Shown: positions 27,493 through 44,867, counted from the first letter of the stretch. The stretch is DNA of 64,000 nt from Amoebidium appalachense (GCA_963693365.1 CAVNZM010000002.1:3674259-3738258); one strand, 5' to 3'. Made by a program: numbers and translations. Notes: a model not told the origin generated them from the sequence alone.

Positions 27493-27740
27493 CACCACCC
27501 CCAACCTACTCCACCCGATCCTCACCACCCACCATCACAACTCCTCCTCTTTACCCCTCTTCTTCTCCCCCCCCCCCCCCCCAACCCCCTACCCCACCCT
27601 CTCTCCGTCCAGAGTCCCCCTTCCCTCACCCTCGGTCCTCCCCCCACCCCTTCTCTTCAACCACCACCATGTCGTTGGCCGGCCCCCTTTGTTCGTCCTA
27701 TCCCTATTCCTTAAAGCGTCAAGCAAGCAAAACCCCCCTC

Positions 27741-27773
<33 letters not shown>

Positions 27774-29320
27774 CCCCCTACACACACACCTTTCCTGCCC
27801 CACTGTTTCTCTAGAGCCGTGCCCACCCTTCCCATTATTGCGTTTATCAGACACGCCCGCTCCACATATCAAAAACAATTTGCACACACCCGAGGTTTTC
27901 AAGCCGATCCACACTAGAGAAACTGCAAAACACGTTACCTGGCATGCGAGGCAGTGAGCTCTGGTTGCTGTACAGAAGAGGGTGCCGACCAGTCAGCAGC
28001 TTCAGGCCCATCTGCCAACCACCACTCGTTATAAGACATTTACAGATGGTTAAAGCCCACACTTGAATTGGGGGCCAGGAGGAGAGCATGCTGTGGGGCG
28101 GGCGGGCCGAGGAGGGGGGGGGGGGGGAGGTAAAGCGGGAAGCGCTACGGAGTCGTGACATTATGCCTATCATGTGTATATATGTCGTCCGCAGGACCGG
28201 AACTTTGTGGTGCAATGTCAAAGGAGAATCAGTGAGCGCGAGGTACTACGACAAGGCAAATCGTACAGTACATTATCCGCAGCCCACCACATCAGTGCCC
28301 CTAAGAACATAGGGGGACGTGGGTGTGAGGAGGGGAAGGGGGGGGGGGGGGGGGGGGGGGGAGGCAGGAGGGAGTAGTTGGGTGGAAAAGGCAAGGTAAC
28401 TGCCGGGGGAAGGGGGGGAGAGGGGGAGAGAGAAAGTAAAAGGGGGGCACGGGAGCTGGGAAGGGGGGGGTAACGAATAGCTTACCCCCCAGAGTGCAGT
28501 TGCCCAGCTGGTGGTACGTGGAGCATCATACATCCACCCACGATAGCCAAGCAGCGCACGCAGGGCACCACGGCGCAGGAGAAGCAGCGTCACAAAGATG
28601 GTGCTGCCTGTGAGGGCCGAGGTGAGACCCACACGGGGTCCCCTGCCCAGGGTTGCTGGAAGACGGCCAGCAATAGACCAGAGGGCGGAATGCGCACCGC
28701 GGAGCACAGGGAGGGTTGCACTCCGCTTCCAGAGCATGAGAACCGGGGGAGCACACACGGCAAGGAGGTAGTTGAGGAAAGAGTGCGGGAAGATGGTGTT
28801 CTTGACCTCGTTGCGCCATCCCACAAACGTCCTCTGCACCCAGCGCAGCACCTGCCTGGAAGTGGGAGGAAGTTCAATAAATGTGAAAGCAAAAGCAACA
28901 TATAATACCTTTACACACGTTAAGATCCACTGTGTTTAAAGCAGAACACCAGAACTGCCTTATCAATATCTGGGTCTTGGTCCCTCTCTCCCCTCCCGTC
29001 TTCTCGTTCCCCCCCCTCCCCCCTTCTTGTCTCTCCCCTGTCCGCCCCCCTCCCCTCCTCCCATGGGGGGGCAACCTATCAATACCACCATTACCACGAT
29101 AGCAACCTCTCTAAACCACTCATTCACCCCTTTCCCTTCGCCCTCTCCCCTCCACCTATGCTCCCTAGCCCCAGTCCCCACTCTTTCTCATTCCATACCT
29201 GAGTGATGCACTGTTGATGCGAATGGTCAGGAACTCGTCATCCCCGGCATCGTAGACCAGCTTCACGTGCCGGTACGAGTCCGAGGGGAGCAAGTGCACG
29301 GCTTGATGTGCCTCAGCCAT
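15501..29320 (-). CDS. CPT1: Carnitine O-palmitoyltransferase 1 (CPT1-like), about 12 exons
   Basis: N-terminus MAEAHQAV (ATG at 29320); [12 protein letters not shown]|[17 protein letters not shown]; NYV|[23 protein letters not shown]; [18 protein letters not shown]; [12 protein letters not shown]; YDRWFDKS; catalytic [12 protein letters not shown] (~18880-18910); [15 protein letters not shown]...[20 protein letters not shown]; GVDRHLFAL; WRLSTSQ; [16 protein letters not shown]; stop at 15501. Confidence 0.96.
17235..18424 (-). mobile_element. 5'-truncated non-coding copy of the PLE 3' region (type A)
   Basis: Only a handful of substitutions relative to 22545-23727 outside microsatellites; same 3' end (...GACGCATTCAAA on -); G-runs on both sides; lies in a CPT1 intron. 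Confidence 0.88.
19159..19945 (-). mobile_element. Non-autonomous type B element: partial plus full 453-bp unit in head-to-tail tandem (pseudo-LTR-like)
   Basis: 19612-19945 repeats 19159-19492 exactly (period 453); a G7 run separates the units; poly-G flanks; shares the structured core and GCATTCAAAA end with type A; no meaningful ORF. Confidence 0.85.
22545..25919 (-). mobile_element. 5'-truncated Penelope-like retroelement (Naiad/Chlamys-like): RT plus ~2 kb 3' region, inserted in a poly(C) tract within one CPT1 intron (~22237-26019)
   Basis: Both ends abut G-runs on the + strand. The flanking CPT1 exons join in frame (ATC G|TG CAC), so the block is intronic. 22545-23727 is nearly identical to 17235-18424. 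That the RT and this 3' block form one element is inferred from orientation and contiguity. Confidence 0.8.
24603..25919 (-). CDS. Penelope-like reverse transcriptase (N-terminally truncated, no C-terminal endonuclease)
   Basis: Uninterrupted ~438 aa frame: [15 protein letters not shown] (motifs 1/2), FDFSTLYT (A), [20 protein letters not shown] (B), RYIDD (C), YLDLHI (E), TIYNK...RFPHHDS...[11 protein letters not shown]...LLNKGY (PLE thumb). The A-to-B spacer is long (~95 aa), as expected for an insertion-in-fingers domain. The ORF-track N-terminus is poly(C) read-through. Confidence 0.92.
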   Translation of the reverse strand, partial: VCNTAPKDIVAQHLAFLKTHDIKGTPGRRTARLPTFQAIVKMHKTPPTFRFIANSSATSLEPLSRLLTSVFKFVSPDVERMWCDVVKPHLPHNTSSWILTDSTALTHTINALNRTTRQHENTPVSVFDFSTLYTKIDLHDLKARLTTLIDAIFVKKCTDARKPHMFIKKTGSTLSWVDRVDDDSQDDSFEPKEHSLHLSKAQLVDFLCFLVDNIYVVFGDTLYKQDIGIPMGTNCAVFLANFYLFTYELDFVRKLIAHERIDVLVDFQFTRRYIDDLISLHNPRILSHLYLEDCDFGLYPKTSLQLNPAGSSPSVPYLDLHITCTNHGIHTTIYNKLDTPTFNTLDIVRFPHHDSFISRTAKYGIMTSQMHSYQRKCSTLAAFTTCTARLAKTLLNKGYSFRLLHHKMHSFLATHPHIYRGVHSSHILSIITKKINTP

Positions 29321-30031
29321 GCTGCCAACTCACTCGCCGATTCTCAACAAGGTTCGTTATCCCCTCAGCAGAATCTGTTCTAAATCTTGAGAAAAGGGAA
29401 ACGACAAGAAATGAAACGAGGACGGTTGGTTGCTTCCTTTTTTGTTGTGCAACAGGAATTTCCCTGCGCACCTGTGATTGGTGTTTTAACCCGTCGACAA
29501 GAGCATACGTCAATCTATATTCCTGATTTTAGATTTTTAATGAATTACTAATTCGTTTTAACTTTCTTATTCATGGTACTATACCATGTGGATTGATTTA
29601 TGCGGCTATTTTCTTGCGGGATTTCTTCGCCGCTACCTTCTCGACCAATCACATTTTTCCATGTGATAAATGGCGTTGCTGAGGCTGTTCACGTGAAAAG
29701 CCAGTGCTCTAGCTCTAAAGCACTGAGCCACTCTGTGACCGGTGCCCAGTCACAGTTGCGGAAACACATGCAAATTTGTACCCTGCCCCTCAGGTCTGCC
29801 ACTTTCCGAAAACTTTGCTCTTTTTCGTGCACGAGGCTCCAAATCTTTCGTTTCTTCCTTTTCTTTCAGTTTACAATCAACATCAATGAATGTGATTGTT
29901 GAAGATCCATCCATCCGGATAGCAGTGCACGTCACGGCACATGACGTTCTGCGCTCGCAGAACGTCGCTGCTGCTGGATCCGCCGCTGCACATGTACAGG
30001 CTGCAGGCTGCGCATGCCCCCCCCTTCCCCC

Positions 30032-30106
<75 letters not shown>

Positions 30107-30401
30107 ACGCACACACACAAGCACACACACACACGTACACACACACACACACACACAGACACACACACACGTACCACCACCACCACACCGCCGTTTCCCT
30201 CAAGCCAACTCCCTCCCCCCCCCCCCCCCCCCCCCCCAAACACACAATGTGTGTGTATACACACGCAGACAAAAAAACACACACGTGTGCTCTCACACAC
30301 TCCCCGGTCCCTACCTCCTGATCACGCCCACCGTTGCCCATGTCGTCCACATACTAATAGGCATTCCAAATATGCACGCCGTGATTTGACATCGTCATAA
30401 T

Positions 30402-30441
<40 letters not shown>

Positions 30442-30663
30442 TCCCCCGTCCCCACTGGGCCACCACCACCACCACTTTCCCCCTTCTTTTTTACAGGGGT
30501 GGTTTTTAAATAAGATGACCTACTTATATGCTTCTATCACCCAAAACCTTAATTAAAAACGAATTGAGATTCTAGAGTCTGCAGAGGCTGTGAGAGAATT
30601 ACTTTAACACACACACAGAGGCCGTGCACGTGAGAGACATTCTGGCATACACACACCGTGACA

Positions 30664-30704
<41 letters not shown>

Positions 30705-30754
30705 AACAAGTACACACACGCACACACAATCACAAGCATACACAAACACACACA

Positions 30755-30880
<126 letters not shown>

Positions 30881-32030
30881 TACTACCATCATCACCATCA
30901 TCTACATACACAACCCGCACAAAAGACACTGTGGGACACGCACACAAATGAGCAGGGCAGAAAAGCTTTAAGAGCGGCTTCAAGTGCTCAAACCGAGAAC
31001 TCTGACAAAGCAAGGGCAAAGCAAACTTTCTTCTTGCCACCCACCTCACATACCTTGGCCAACACAAACAAGAGGCTGGATTAGATAGCGGATGGTTAGA
31101 TAAGTCAGATTAAAGACTACTTCAAGGGTGGGCTAAACGAGTTATAAAAGTGTTGTGCTGAGTGCTCCGATGCTGCCCTTGCGCGCACAGCAAGGGCGCC
31201 GGGTGCGTGTGAAGTTGCCAGGCGTGCAGCTATGCTTTATGTGAGACGCATGAGCTGCCTACAGGTAGGCTTGGGTTTTGTTACAATCAGCTGATGGCTT
31301 GGGAATGTCCTTTTGTGTGAAAAATGTTGACGTTACTTCCATACGACTGCTACGAGAGGCTCACGATGGGTGGCTAGCTTGCACGAGGTTAAGAACTGAG
31401 CTTTATAAATTTATGTTTTCGATGGTCAAGGAGGCTGCAAGTAACGGATGTGTGCATATGTGAACACAGCCCTCTGTTTGTAGTGGTGTGTGTGTGTGTG
31501 TGTGTGGACACGCATATAGAGCCAAAAAAAAATAGGGTATTAGGGAGCGCACCAACGCCTCCGCTTGCACGGAGTGGGTGCCAGGCAGAGTACGTCCCCT
31601 CTCGAGACCAGCAAGACACAGCGGGCGGATACAGGGCCTGAAAGGAAACAGAATTATACCCAGCGCCTCACATGAAGCAGCGTGCGCTTTAGATATATAC
31701 CGCCCGGAAAAGTGCTTGGAATTTGATTGTGGGAGGAAACTTGCCATATATGGATGAATGGACCAATCAAAAACAGTGTCCAATCGGATGGTCGCGATAA
31801 AGAGTTGGCGGGAAAGAGAGTCACGTAGACAGTGACACGTACATATCGATATCCCCTTCAATTTTTCGAGGACAAATGGTTGCTGACTTTTTTGGAAGTG
31901 TTGAATGACGTTGTTCTTATTAGTAGATCCCTGCCTGAAAATTGTGCGCAGAAACATACGAACTCAAGCATGATCGAGAGGCACGTTGTTTTCGGGCTGC
32001 TGGAGCTCTCAGGGCCTGCTCCTCCCCGCC

Positions 32031-32067
<37 letters not shown>

Positions 32068-32070
32068 GGC

Positions 32071-35238
<3,168 letters not shown>

Positions 35239-35504
35239 TATGATACAAACGGCTGTGGTGTGTGTTCGAAAACAAAGTATTTGCCGAACCTAATAAGCCC
35301 CTCTATAATAAGCAAGGTAGTCACGGCAAGGTGAAATAGGTAAGTGTGTGTGGCACTCCGTGCTACCGTACGGTACCAAACTGTGCTGTGTGCGTGCCTG
35401 TGTGTTTTTTTGTGTGTGCACAGTGAGCGTGTGTTTGTGTGCATATTGACGACCACTGACCTGTTTTCAAATTTGAGAATTTGAAAAAAGCCTTAGGTGC
35501 GGCA

Positions 35505-35568
<64 letters not shown>

Positions 35569-36133
35569 GTGCGTGTGTGTCACGTGTGTGCGCGTGTGTG
35601 TGTGTGTGTGTGCGCGCGCGCGCGTGCGCGCTCGCAGGAGTGTGTACTATGCCAAGTGTGTGTGTGCACGAGCGAGCATGTGTGTGCATGCATGTGCGTG
35701 TGTGCGTGTGTGTTCTGCCAAGTGCATGTTCGAATCACGGTGTGTATGTGTGTGTTGTGCGGCACGTGTGCGCGCCCACTCGTACGTGCGTGTGTGCCAT
35801 ACTATATATACCTTGCCTATTTGAATACCATATGTACAGAATCAGCAGGATATGGTTCTGAAATAAGCGTGAGCGTGATTCTGTTCCATAATATGCCAGT
35901 TTCTTTAAACTACAATCACTACCTGTATGCCTCTCTGAGAAGCTAAGAACATCACAGACATCAAGCCTTGTCATAATTGCTCGCAATCATCTTTCGTCCG
36001 GATTTCATAAAACCTGTTGCTCCCCTCCCTCCCCACTCCCCCCCCCCCCCCCCCCCCCCCACACACACACCACACACCACCACACACACAAACACACAAA
36101 CCACCCACCCACACACACTTCCCCAGCCCTCCC

Positions 36134-36170
<37 letters not shown>

Positions 36171-38142
36171 CCCCGCGTGCCTCGCCCCCTCCTCCCCTTC
36201 TCCCTTCCCCTTTCTCCCTCCCTAAACGTGCACACTCATGATCACTGACGCGTACGGATGTCGTGCACGCAGCCTGAGGCACACACATACGATCAGTAGA
36301 CACCTTTCCTCCAGCTCTCCCGGCCCCCTAGCTATTACAAATAGAACCCACAGCTAGCACTGCGGCAGCTGCCTCAATACTTGCTCCTAATCATCATCCA
36401 AATTTCCTCGTTCGCTTCTACAGTCTTCTCCGCTTCTGCTAAGTACTCCCCTCGCTTGCATCCCCCATCCCCTTCTTATACCCATATCCCCTCTCTCCCC
36501 CTGCTTCCTCGACACCGGTATTCTGCTCCCCCACTCTGTACAGTGGGTTACAGTGTTTCCTCCCGACCAGGCCTCGCACCCTCTTTCCCCTCATTGCCAC
36601 CACATGCCTTACAAATATTTGCATGTATGTATGAATTAAGGCCGGAAATAAGCGTGGTATTGGAGAGGCTGGGGTGCCGTCTACACATGTTCCCCCGTGC
36701 GTACGTACGCGTGCACTGTGCAGCGTCTGACTACGCAGCTCCCGTCTGTGTGCCAACTTTCTAAAGACACCTGTGGTTGTTGAGGGTGCAGAGGGCATGA
36801 CGTGAGGAACCGTTTGACGAGCAGAGTCAGACGCCATCGGGGCATGACGTCATGATCTTAGATTATCTGAGGAACCAATGAAACTAAACCACGATCTGTG
36901 CACGCTGTCAGTGCGCAGCCAATCACTCAACGACTGGAAGATTCTAAAACCATATACGGACAACAACAATGATCTCAATGGCCGACTAATCTGCAACAAA
37001 TTCCTACGAATCTTGCCAAGGCGACCAATCAAATCCTTAAAGTGAAGCCGCACGCATTCTTAGCATTCCAAAGTGGTTCCTTTCTTAGGCCAGTGCATCC
37101 GGCGTATATTTTGGCACCGTGCCAATGCATCCGGTGTATATTTGTGAGAAGTACGGGACACATAATCTCGGCCCGAAAACGTATTGATGAATGAATGTCT
37201 GTCGTTACATATTTTAAATACACATATGAGTAAGTGTCGGATATATAGAACGTGCAGATATTATAAATATATGCGAATACATACAATTATATGCAATCGC
37301 ATGCACCGCGACCAAGAATACACCGTAGGCTTGCAAGCGTGGGCCTTCGACCAAAAGATTGTGCACAACGTACGTGAAACGGTTCACGACTCTGTGTGTG
37401 TATGTGGGCCGACACATTTAACTATACATACACAATTCACATGCATGTAAATCTCTGCATCACCTTGCATGCTCAAGAAACGTTTTTAATTTGGTTTCCA
37501 TATCATAGTAACCGTTCCTCTCCGTTTTCAAGTGCACATGGCTTGAAGTTGGCATTATGCCACGGACTCAGTCACGGCTCGAATCTGCGAGACCAATGCA
37601 CCTGGTGTATATTGTGGTTGGGTGCGTCCGTAGCCAATAAGCGTCCGCGCCAATGACAGTCACTGTGTCACGTCACACACGTGCGATGGCGTGCCTTCCA
37701 CACCATATAAAAACCATGCCCCAATTCTCGTTTCTTCATCAGTCGTGCATGATGCAAACTTGAAGGGATTTGCAGAAAACAAAAACTCCAGTCAGCACTG
37801 TTGATAATTCATGACATGCTTTAAATTTTTGATGCGTGTAAGCTACCAGACAGTACGTCTGCAAATGTCATTCTACTCGTCTAGCTAGCATAAGGCTGGT
37901 TTGTATATCTACTTTTGCATGGGTTGTTTTTCCTCCTACAATCACAAAAGGTGATCATTAATACTGCACTATGTCAGAGATAGTACCCGCATGAAGCCCC
38001 ACACCTTTACAGTACATGGCTATGATAACCATCGTCCACCGAGTCCTGAATTGCAGTAGTACACCAGATAAACTTATCATTTCCAGTCATTATTCATGTA
38101 AACCATTTTGGAAGATTCGGCCGTAGCTCCGTAGCCAGGCTC

Positions 38143-39018
38143 ATGAAAATGGCTCCATTCACTTCGTCAGCTACCACCGCCATCGTGGCCGGCAATGATA
38201 GTTTTACACAAACGAGCGCGGGTGTATCAGTAAATCCTCAAATATGCCATACAGGGGCCTCTACCTCCGGCTCCTCGACGCCAGGCGACTCCACAGATAT
38301 CGTTACAATTTTGCAGAAGGACTTTTCCGGAATGCCTGCTCGAAAGAATGCCAAAGAAAGTGCCGTGGACGTGGCATATGGCCATGTGGGTGTTAATGGA
38401 ATCGGCGGGAAGAAGAAACATGTGTTTGAGAACACAGAGGTGCTTCAGGCTGTGGTGGACACGTGCTCACCGGCAGTAAATGACTGCAACTCTGTGTGCG
38501 GGGACACGGACAGCACAGACCAGAGCAGACGGCAGGTGGGTGGCCCTACTATGATATATATTACCCACCGGCGTGGCTGGGGTTGATACCCTGGGCAAAG
38601 TGTGTACATATAGTTAGGATTGTTGTAGGTGTGTTAGTTTAGCTACTAGCATTGTAGCACCCTAGCTAGAGTACTGTCGGTGCTGGGTGGAAGACGGTAG
38701 CTTCCCCTGAGGGCCCCTAGGGGTACCTCCGGGAACAAAACGGGATAAAATAAAATTAGTACTATGATATATATTGGGGTTTCTACTGTGCGTATTTTTC
38801 ATAACGGCTGTATTCACCTTATCTGTGTTGTTCTTTATCTGTTGTGGTTGTTTTGGAGGGGGGTGGGGTGGGGTGGGGGTTGGGGGGGGGGGGGGGGGGG
38901 AGGGGGGGGGGGGAGGAGGGATACCCCAAGAAATGAACCACTCACTCCAGGCTTTGACAATCACTTTCACATCATAACAGTGTGGGTTTTTTTTTTTCGG
39001 GGGTTTTTTTTTTTTTTT

Positions 39019-39065
<47 letters not shown>

Positions 39066-41401
39066 ATGCAAATACTGTATTCAGCTAATCACACACTGTA
39101 TAATTGAACACAGGCCGGATTTCTCAGCAGCCTAGCCAACTGTGTATCTGCCACCCTCGGCCCCGGAATCCTCTGCATCCCCTCGGCTTTTGCGCAAACG
39201 GGGTGGGCATTGGGCACTGGGCTTCTAATTTTGGGTCTGTGTGCAGCCATGTTTGGGCTGCATCTGCTGGTATGCTGTGCACACAAGTGGGGGGGCACAC
39301 ACACGTCATATGCATCGGTGGCGAGAAAGAGTTGGCCGAGATATGCACTGCTGGTGGAGATAGTCATGACAAATGCATGCCTGCTAGGTACGTATGTGTC
39401 TGTTGTTCATGAGCGTTTTTTTCCTAAGGTTTATCTCCCTCCCTCCCCCCCCCCACCCCCCCCCTCCCCCCCCTCCCCTCCCCCCTCTCATTCCTCATCC
39501 TTTTGCAGTGTTACTCATCTCACTCTTTTCATTATTCTTCTTTTTCTTTAATTTATTTTTCTTGTTTTTTTGTTGTTTTTACGATTTTGATACCCTAGGT
39601 ACACACGTGTGCCCGTGCTTCATGGACAGTTTTTCTTTCTCTCTTTCTTGTCTTTTCTCTTTCTGTTTTTTTTTTCCCCCCTCTTTTTTTAACCATTCAA
39701 CATGATAGACCCCTTCTCCAGTGTCAGTGTACCTGTTGCACAGACGAAATAAAATCCTTACGCTGCATAATTTTTGAATGTTCCAAAATTTTGCGTGAGC
39801 TCTTGAACCCAATTAATCGGAGGAAGACTCGTTCTTACCTCTTTTTAATCGTTTCCCTGCAGGCATGATTCCCTTCCCCATCGTCTTTGGCGACCTTCTA
39901 CCCGACCTGGCACGGGTAAGCACCTTAGTCATGCAGCCTTCCATCCGCTTCCCTCTCCTCCACTCCTTCTTCTCATACACACAGCTATGCACACATTCGA
40001 GCAGCTCACGCACTCGCGGGCACATTTGGTCACAGACATACGCGTGGGCATACATATGCACTTACACACAGACCGTCTGAAACACACACAAACCTTACAC
40101 AACGTATTTTGATACAAGCAAATGACTAGGTTTCACCACTTTCTAAAGAAATTGGGGACAGCCAATCAATCCAAAGCTGCATGTTTTTTCTGCTCGTGTT
40201 TCTTCGCTTTTTTGCCTTTTTAACGGCCTGTTTTTTACCTCTCGAATCTTTTAATTTCTCGCTTGCCTAAAAATCCAAACACCGCCGCACACAGCAGTAC
40301 ATCAGGCCAGTTTTGTGTGCAGCTGATCTCACATCTCCAAATCTCCTACACACTGTCTAACAACAGTTATATCACCAGACGCTAGGTGCATCCGAAGACA
40401 CCATCCTCGTATCCCGCACATTCTGGATATCCGTTTGCTGCCTGGGAATCGCGTTCCCCCTAGGCCTCCTCCCAAACCTCAACCAAATGCGCTTCATTTC
40501 CTACTTCGTTGCAGGGAGCCTCCTATACGTCACCATTCTCTCTGTTCTATATTTAGCTCATCCCAGCCAAACACATCTCCTTGATCCGTGTGTCAGTGTG
40601 TCTTATGCAGAGGAGTGTAGGGGGGAGGTGGTGGCTGTGACTCCACCTGGTTTCATGCACGTCAAGGCCCTCTCCATATTTCTGGTATGTAGCTATTGCT
40701 GCCCCTCCCTCCCCCCCACCCCGCACTCCTCCCCCTCTCCCTCCCCTCCCCCCCCCCCTTCCCCCCCCTCCCCCCCCCTCCCTTCTTCCCTCACCATTTC
40801 CTCCACTCCCTCCGGCCTCCCACCCTCCAAACTCATTCACACATACACAGGGCGGGGTTGGGGGGAGGGGGTTGGGGGGGGGGGGGGGGGGCACTGTGCT
40901 TTCCAGTTAGTACTTTAAGAAAAGGATACTGCAGTTCAAAACATTTGCATGGTACTGGTGGTGTGGTGGTGGGTGGATACCCCCCAAAGACATCAAAACT
41001 TTACAAAAGGCAAGCCTTTCAAATCTTTCAGAATGTGCCAGTGTGCTTGTATACATATGGGTTTGGTGGGGCCTGGGCCGGGACCGAGGCCAGGCCCCGG
41101 GGCCCCGGGGGGAAGGGGGGAGGATTTGGCCCCAGGACCGAACCTACTTGCAATCAAGCATCGTTATGGCTTTATCTACATTACTCACAAACTCCCCTCC
41201 TCCCCCCTCCCCCCTCCCTTGAGCGCCCCTCCCCCCTTCCCCCCCCCCCCCCCCCAGCCTCCCTCCCCCCCCCCCCCCCCAGCTCCCTCTCCCTCTCCCT
41301 CCCCCTTCCCCCCCCCCCCCCCCTCCCCCTCCCCCCCCCCCCCCCTCACCGCCAAAAAAAAAAACAACCAAAACCCACCCAACCACCCGGCAGGCCCCTC
41401 T

Positions 41402-41433
<32 letters not shown>

Positions 41434-42670
41434 ACACACACACACATGTATTCCACTCGCACACATAGTTTGCATTCTACTGCCACCCAATCATCTTCAA
41501 CATCTATAATGAAATGCGCAAACCCTCGGTCGGCGCCGTCAACCGCGTAATTCTGCCGTGGGCAGGAATTATGCTTGTGGCCTACAGCGTGGTGGGGCTC
41601 AGCAGCTACCACACGTATGGGGCCAAAACACAATCGAACATGCTTGAAAATTGGCCTCTCACGTGGCCGGCTGCGGTTGGGCGCGCGGGGATCTGCTTTG
41701 CTGTGATCATGGCTTATGTGCTGTTTATTCAACCTACAAGAGAGGTATGTGTGCGTGTGTGTCTGTGAGTCTGTGTGATCTTATCGCAGTGACACATACT
41801 TTCCTGGCCCTCTGCCCCTCTCCCACCTCCCCCTCCCCCTTCCCCCCCCCCCCCCACCACCACCACCACCTTCTCCAACCACCACCCCCGTTTCTTCGCT
41901 CCCCCCCCCTCCCCCCCCCCCCCCCCCCCCACCACCACCTCCCCCACTCCACCCCCCCATCTGCCTCTTCTCCCTTACCCCCACCCCCTGCTATCAATCC
42001 CTCCCTTAAACCCACCCCCCATCTATTTTTCCAAAATATAACTTTTGCCTAGAGATTTTAAGGAAGCAGCAGTTACCAACAAATCACAACTGTTAAGCAA
42101 AAAACGGGGGGGAAGGGTGGGAGGGGGGAGGGGGGTGGGGGGAGGGGGGGGGACGGACGAAAAAAATCAAAAAATAAACCTAACTGATCACACAATCACA
42201 CACCCATACAGAATGTATCGCACCTCGTTAACAACCTACTCCGACTTTCGGGCAAGTCCACCCTGACTGCAAAGACCCACCCACTACAGCGACACCTCAA
42301 AACCATCATCTCTATGGGCTACATTCTGATAACATACTCTGTAGCAGTAATAGTGGAGGATTTGGGTACTGCGTTTGCGGTTTTGGGTGCTACGGACGGT
42401 ATATTGGTGTGCTATGTGCTACCTGGGATTCTATATATGGGAAGCTTCAGGTATAGTTGGGGTAAAAGTTATAGAAATCATGCAAGTACGAGTGTGAAAG
42501 TTCATAGTGTAGGGGTAGGGGATTGTGAAAAGGGCGGTGAAGGTGCGGTGGGTGGCGGCGAGAGGGAGGAGAGGTCGACGGTTGAGAGGTTGAGGTATGT
42601 GGGCGCGGTGATGATGGTGGTGGTGGGCATGCTGTATATGCCGCTGGGCATATATTCCGCAGTTGCCTAG
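38143..42670 (+). CDS. SLC38/AVT family amino-acid transporter (Aa_trans), 6 exons
   Basis: Exons ~38143-38535, 39114-39388 (SLANCVSATLGPGILCIPSAFAQTGWALG...SYASVA), 39863-39915 (IVFGDLLP), 40367-40685 (AFPLGLLPNLNQMRFIS), 41469-41745 (FAFYCHPIIFNIYNEMR...VGLSSYHTYG...SNML), 42213-42670 (EDLGTAFAVLGAT...CYVLPGILY). Some boundaries are approximate. Confidence 0.92.
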
Positions 42671-44604
42671 TATGGACATGCTCTTGGCTAAGATGGGCAT
42701 GCTGTTGCCTAAAAAGGGCATCCTGTTGCCCAATATGGGCATATGGTTGTGATTATGTGCGTAGACCATTTAAAAGTTTTGGTTGAAAGAGTTGTTGTTG
42801 TTTGTATGCCAGCGATGAATAGTAGTAGCATAAGACTTAGTGGAAAGTTTCAGAAAATATTAGTATTATGATGATACCGTAGGCTAAACTGATTCAAAAG
42901 ATCGATACATTCTGCATGTAAGTGCCACTGTGTGGCCGTGCAATTTGATCGGAGTATATTCAAAATTAAGAATTAAGAGCCTGCTAATTATGAGGGAGTT
43001 GTGTTCATAGGCTATGTCGGCTTTCCTCAGTTGCGCACCTCATCAATTGAAATTCTAATGGGGGGAAGGGGACGCGCGCGCGCGTGTGTGTGTGTGTGCG
43101 TGTGCGCACGTGTGTGTGTGTACGTGTGTGTGTGCGTGTGTGTGTGTGCGTGCGTGCATGCGTGCGTACGCGCATGTGTGTGTGTGTGCACCCGCGCGCA
43201 AAGGGGGGGGGGGTGTCGCACCTCTACATGCGCCGTTGTGGTTCTGAAAAAAGCCCAGGAAGGGGAGGGTGCAATGGATCGGAAGGAACTGAGGGCAAGG
43301 CTGGGCTTGAGAGCTGGGGGGGGGGGGGGGGGGGGGGGGGGAGGGGGGGAGGGATGAGGGGGGGGGGGGGGAGGGGGGGGGGGGGGGAGGGGTTAGGAAG
43401 GGGTAGGACACGAGAAGGAACTTTGAAGCGGGTTCGAGGGCAAGGCACAGTGGAAGAAAACAGATAACGGGGAGATGGGGAGGTCGCATGCATCAACCTG
43501 ATCGACTGGGCTGGCCCGAATATGGTATTACTTACTGTCTATGGGCAGGCAGGAGGAAGAAGGGATAAGTGGGGGGGTTGAAGAGGGGGTTGGGGAGGGA
43601 GGGGGGGGGAGGGGGGGGGGGGAGAAGAGGGAGGAGGGGGGTGGGTGGAGGGGGGTGGGAGGGAGGTGGTGGTGGATATTTGATAGGTTAAATTTGCACA
43701 CAAGATCACTTGAATTTGATTAACTGCAAGTTATTGTGCCCCATCTCCACTCCACTCTCCGACTCCCCACTTGCCACTGATTGCACGTCAGTTCCTATCG
43801 ACTATTCGTATACGGTGTTGTGCAATCCGATCAAATTGCGATTCTCATCACCGTGAGGATAAAAGACGTGTTATTTAAAATTAAAACTTGACCAAATTCG
43901 TTTGAAGTTTTAACAGTTATTTTCGTAAAATTATTCACCATGAGTGTTTCTGCATGAATATAAATTAGAGCTACCGCGCTGCATGCAATCCACACAACCC
44001 CCGCAATCAATTTTTTTGGTTTACACGGTCTACATATAATAATAAGGAATTCTATTGGATTAAGAACACTGCCCCTCGTGTTATTATTGGGGTACACTTA
44101 TGGTGATTATACTACATTAAACACGATCTTTTATTCTCCACATGAGATGTCATGCACACAACTGAAAATGCAATTGGTAGCCTATACAGTTCAACCCAGT
44201 GGAATCATAACATGCACAGTAACCCCCCCCCCCCCCCCCCCCCCCTCCTCCCCTGCCCCTCCCGCTTCTCCCTCCGCACCCACTCCACCCCCCCCCCCGC
44301 GCCAACAATAAAATACTCCTATCACACGAGTAATTACTACGGAGATTCATCTAGGGAGCGAGAATACAAGAAGTTCCATATACATAGCATTCATAATTGA
44401 CTAGCCCATGAATAAAGTTAGCTCAGTGCAGCAACATACATTTAAGTTCACTTAGCGTTCACATATGCCGGAACAACTTCAAACAAGATAACAAAAGAAA
44501 ATTTAACCCTAATGATCTATTAGCCCTACGGAAAGGTAGCCCTACGGAAAGGTAGCCCTACGTATTCTGTACCAACCGTTTCCAATATTGTAATGCTGAG
44601 GTAC

Positions 44605-44822
<218 letters not shown>

Positions 44823-44867
44823 CTCATGCTTGAACACTACCGGGCCCATTCAGGGAAGAACGTGTGT

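Noticed and set aside
29470-29700. CCAAT boxes and E-box upstream of CPT1; TATA-like TTTATAA near 47807
   Set aside because: Short motifs expected by chance, with no transcription start data.
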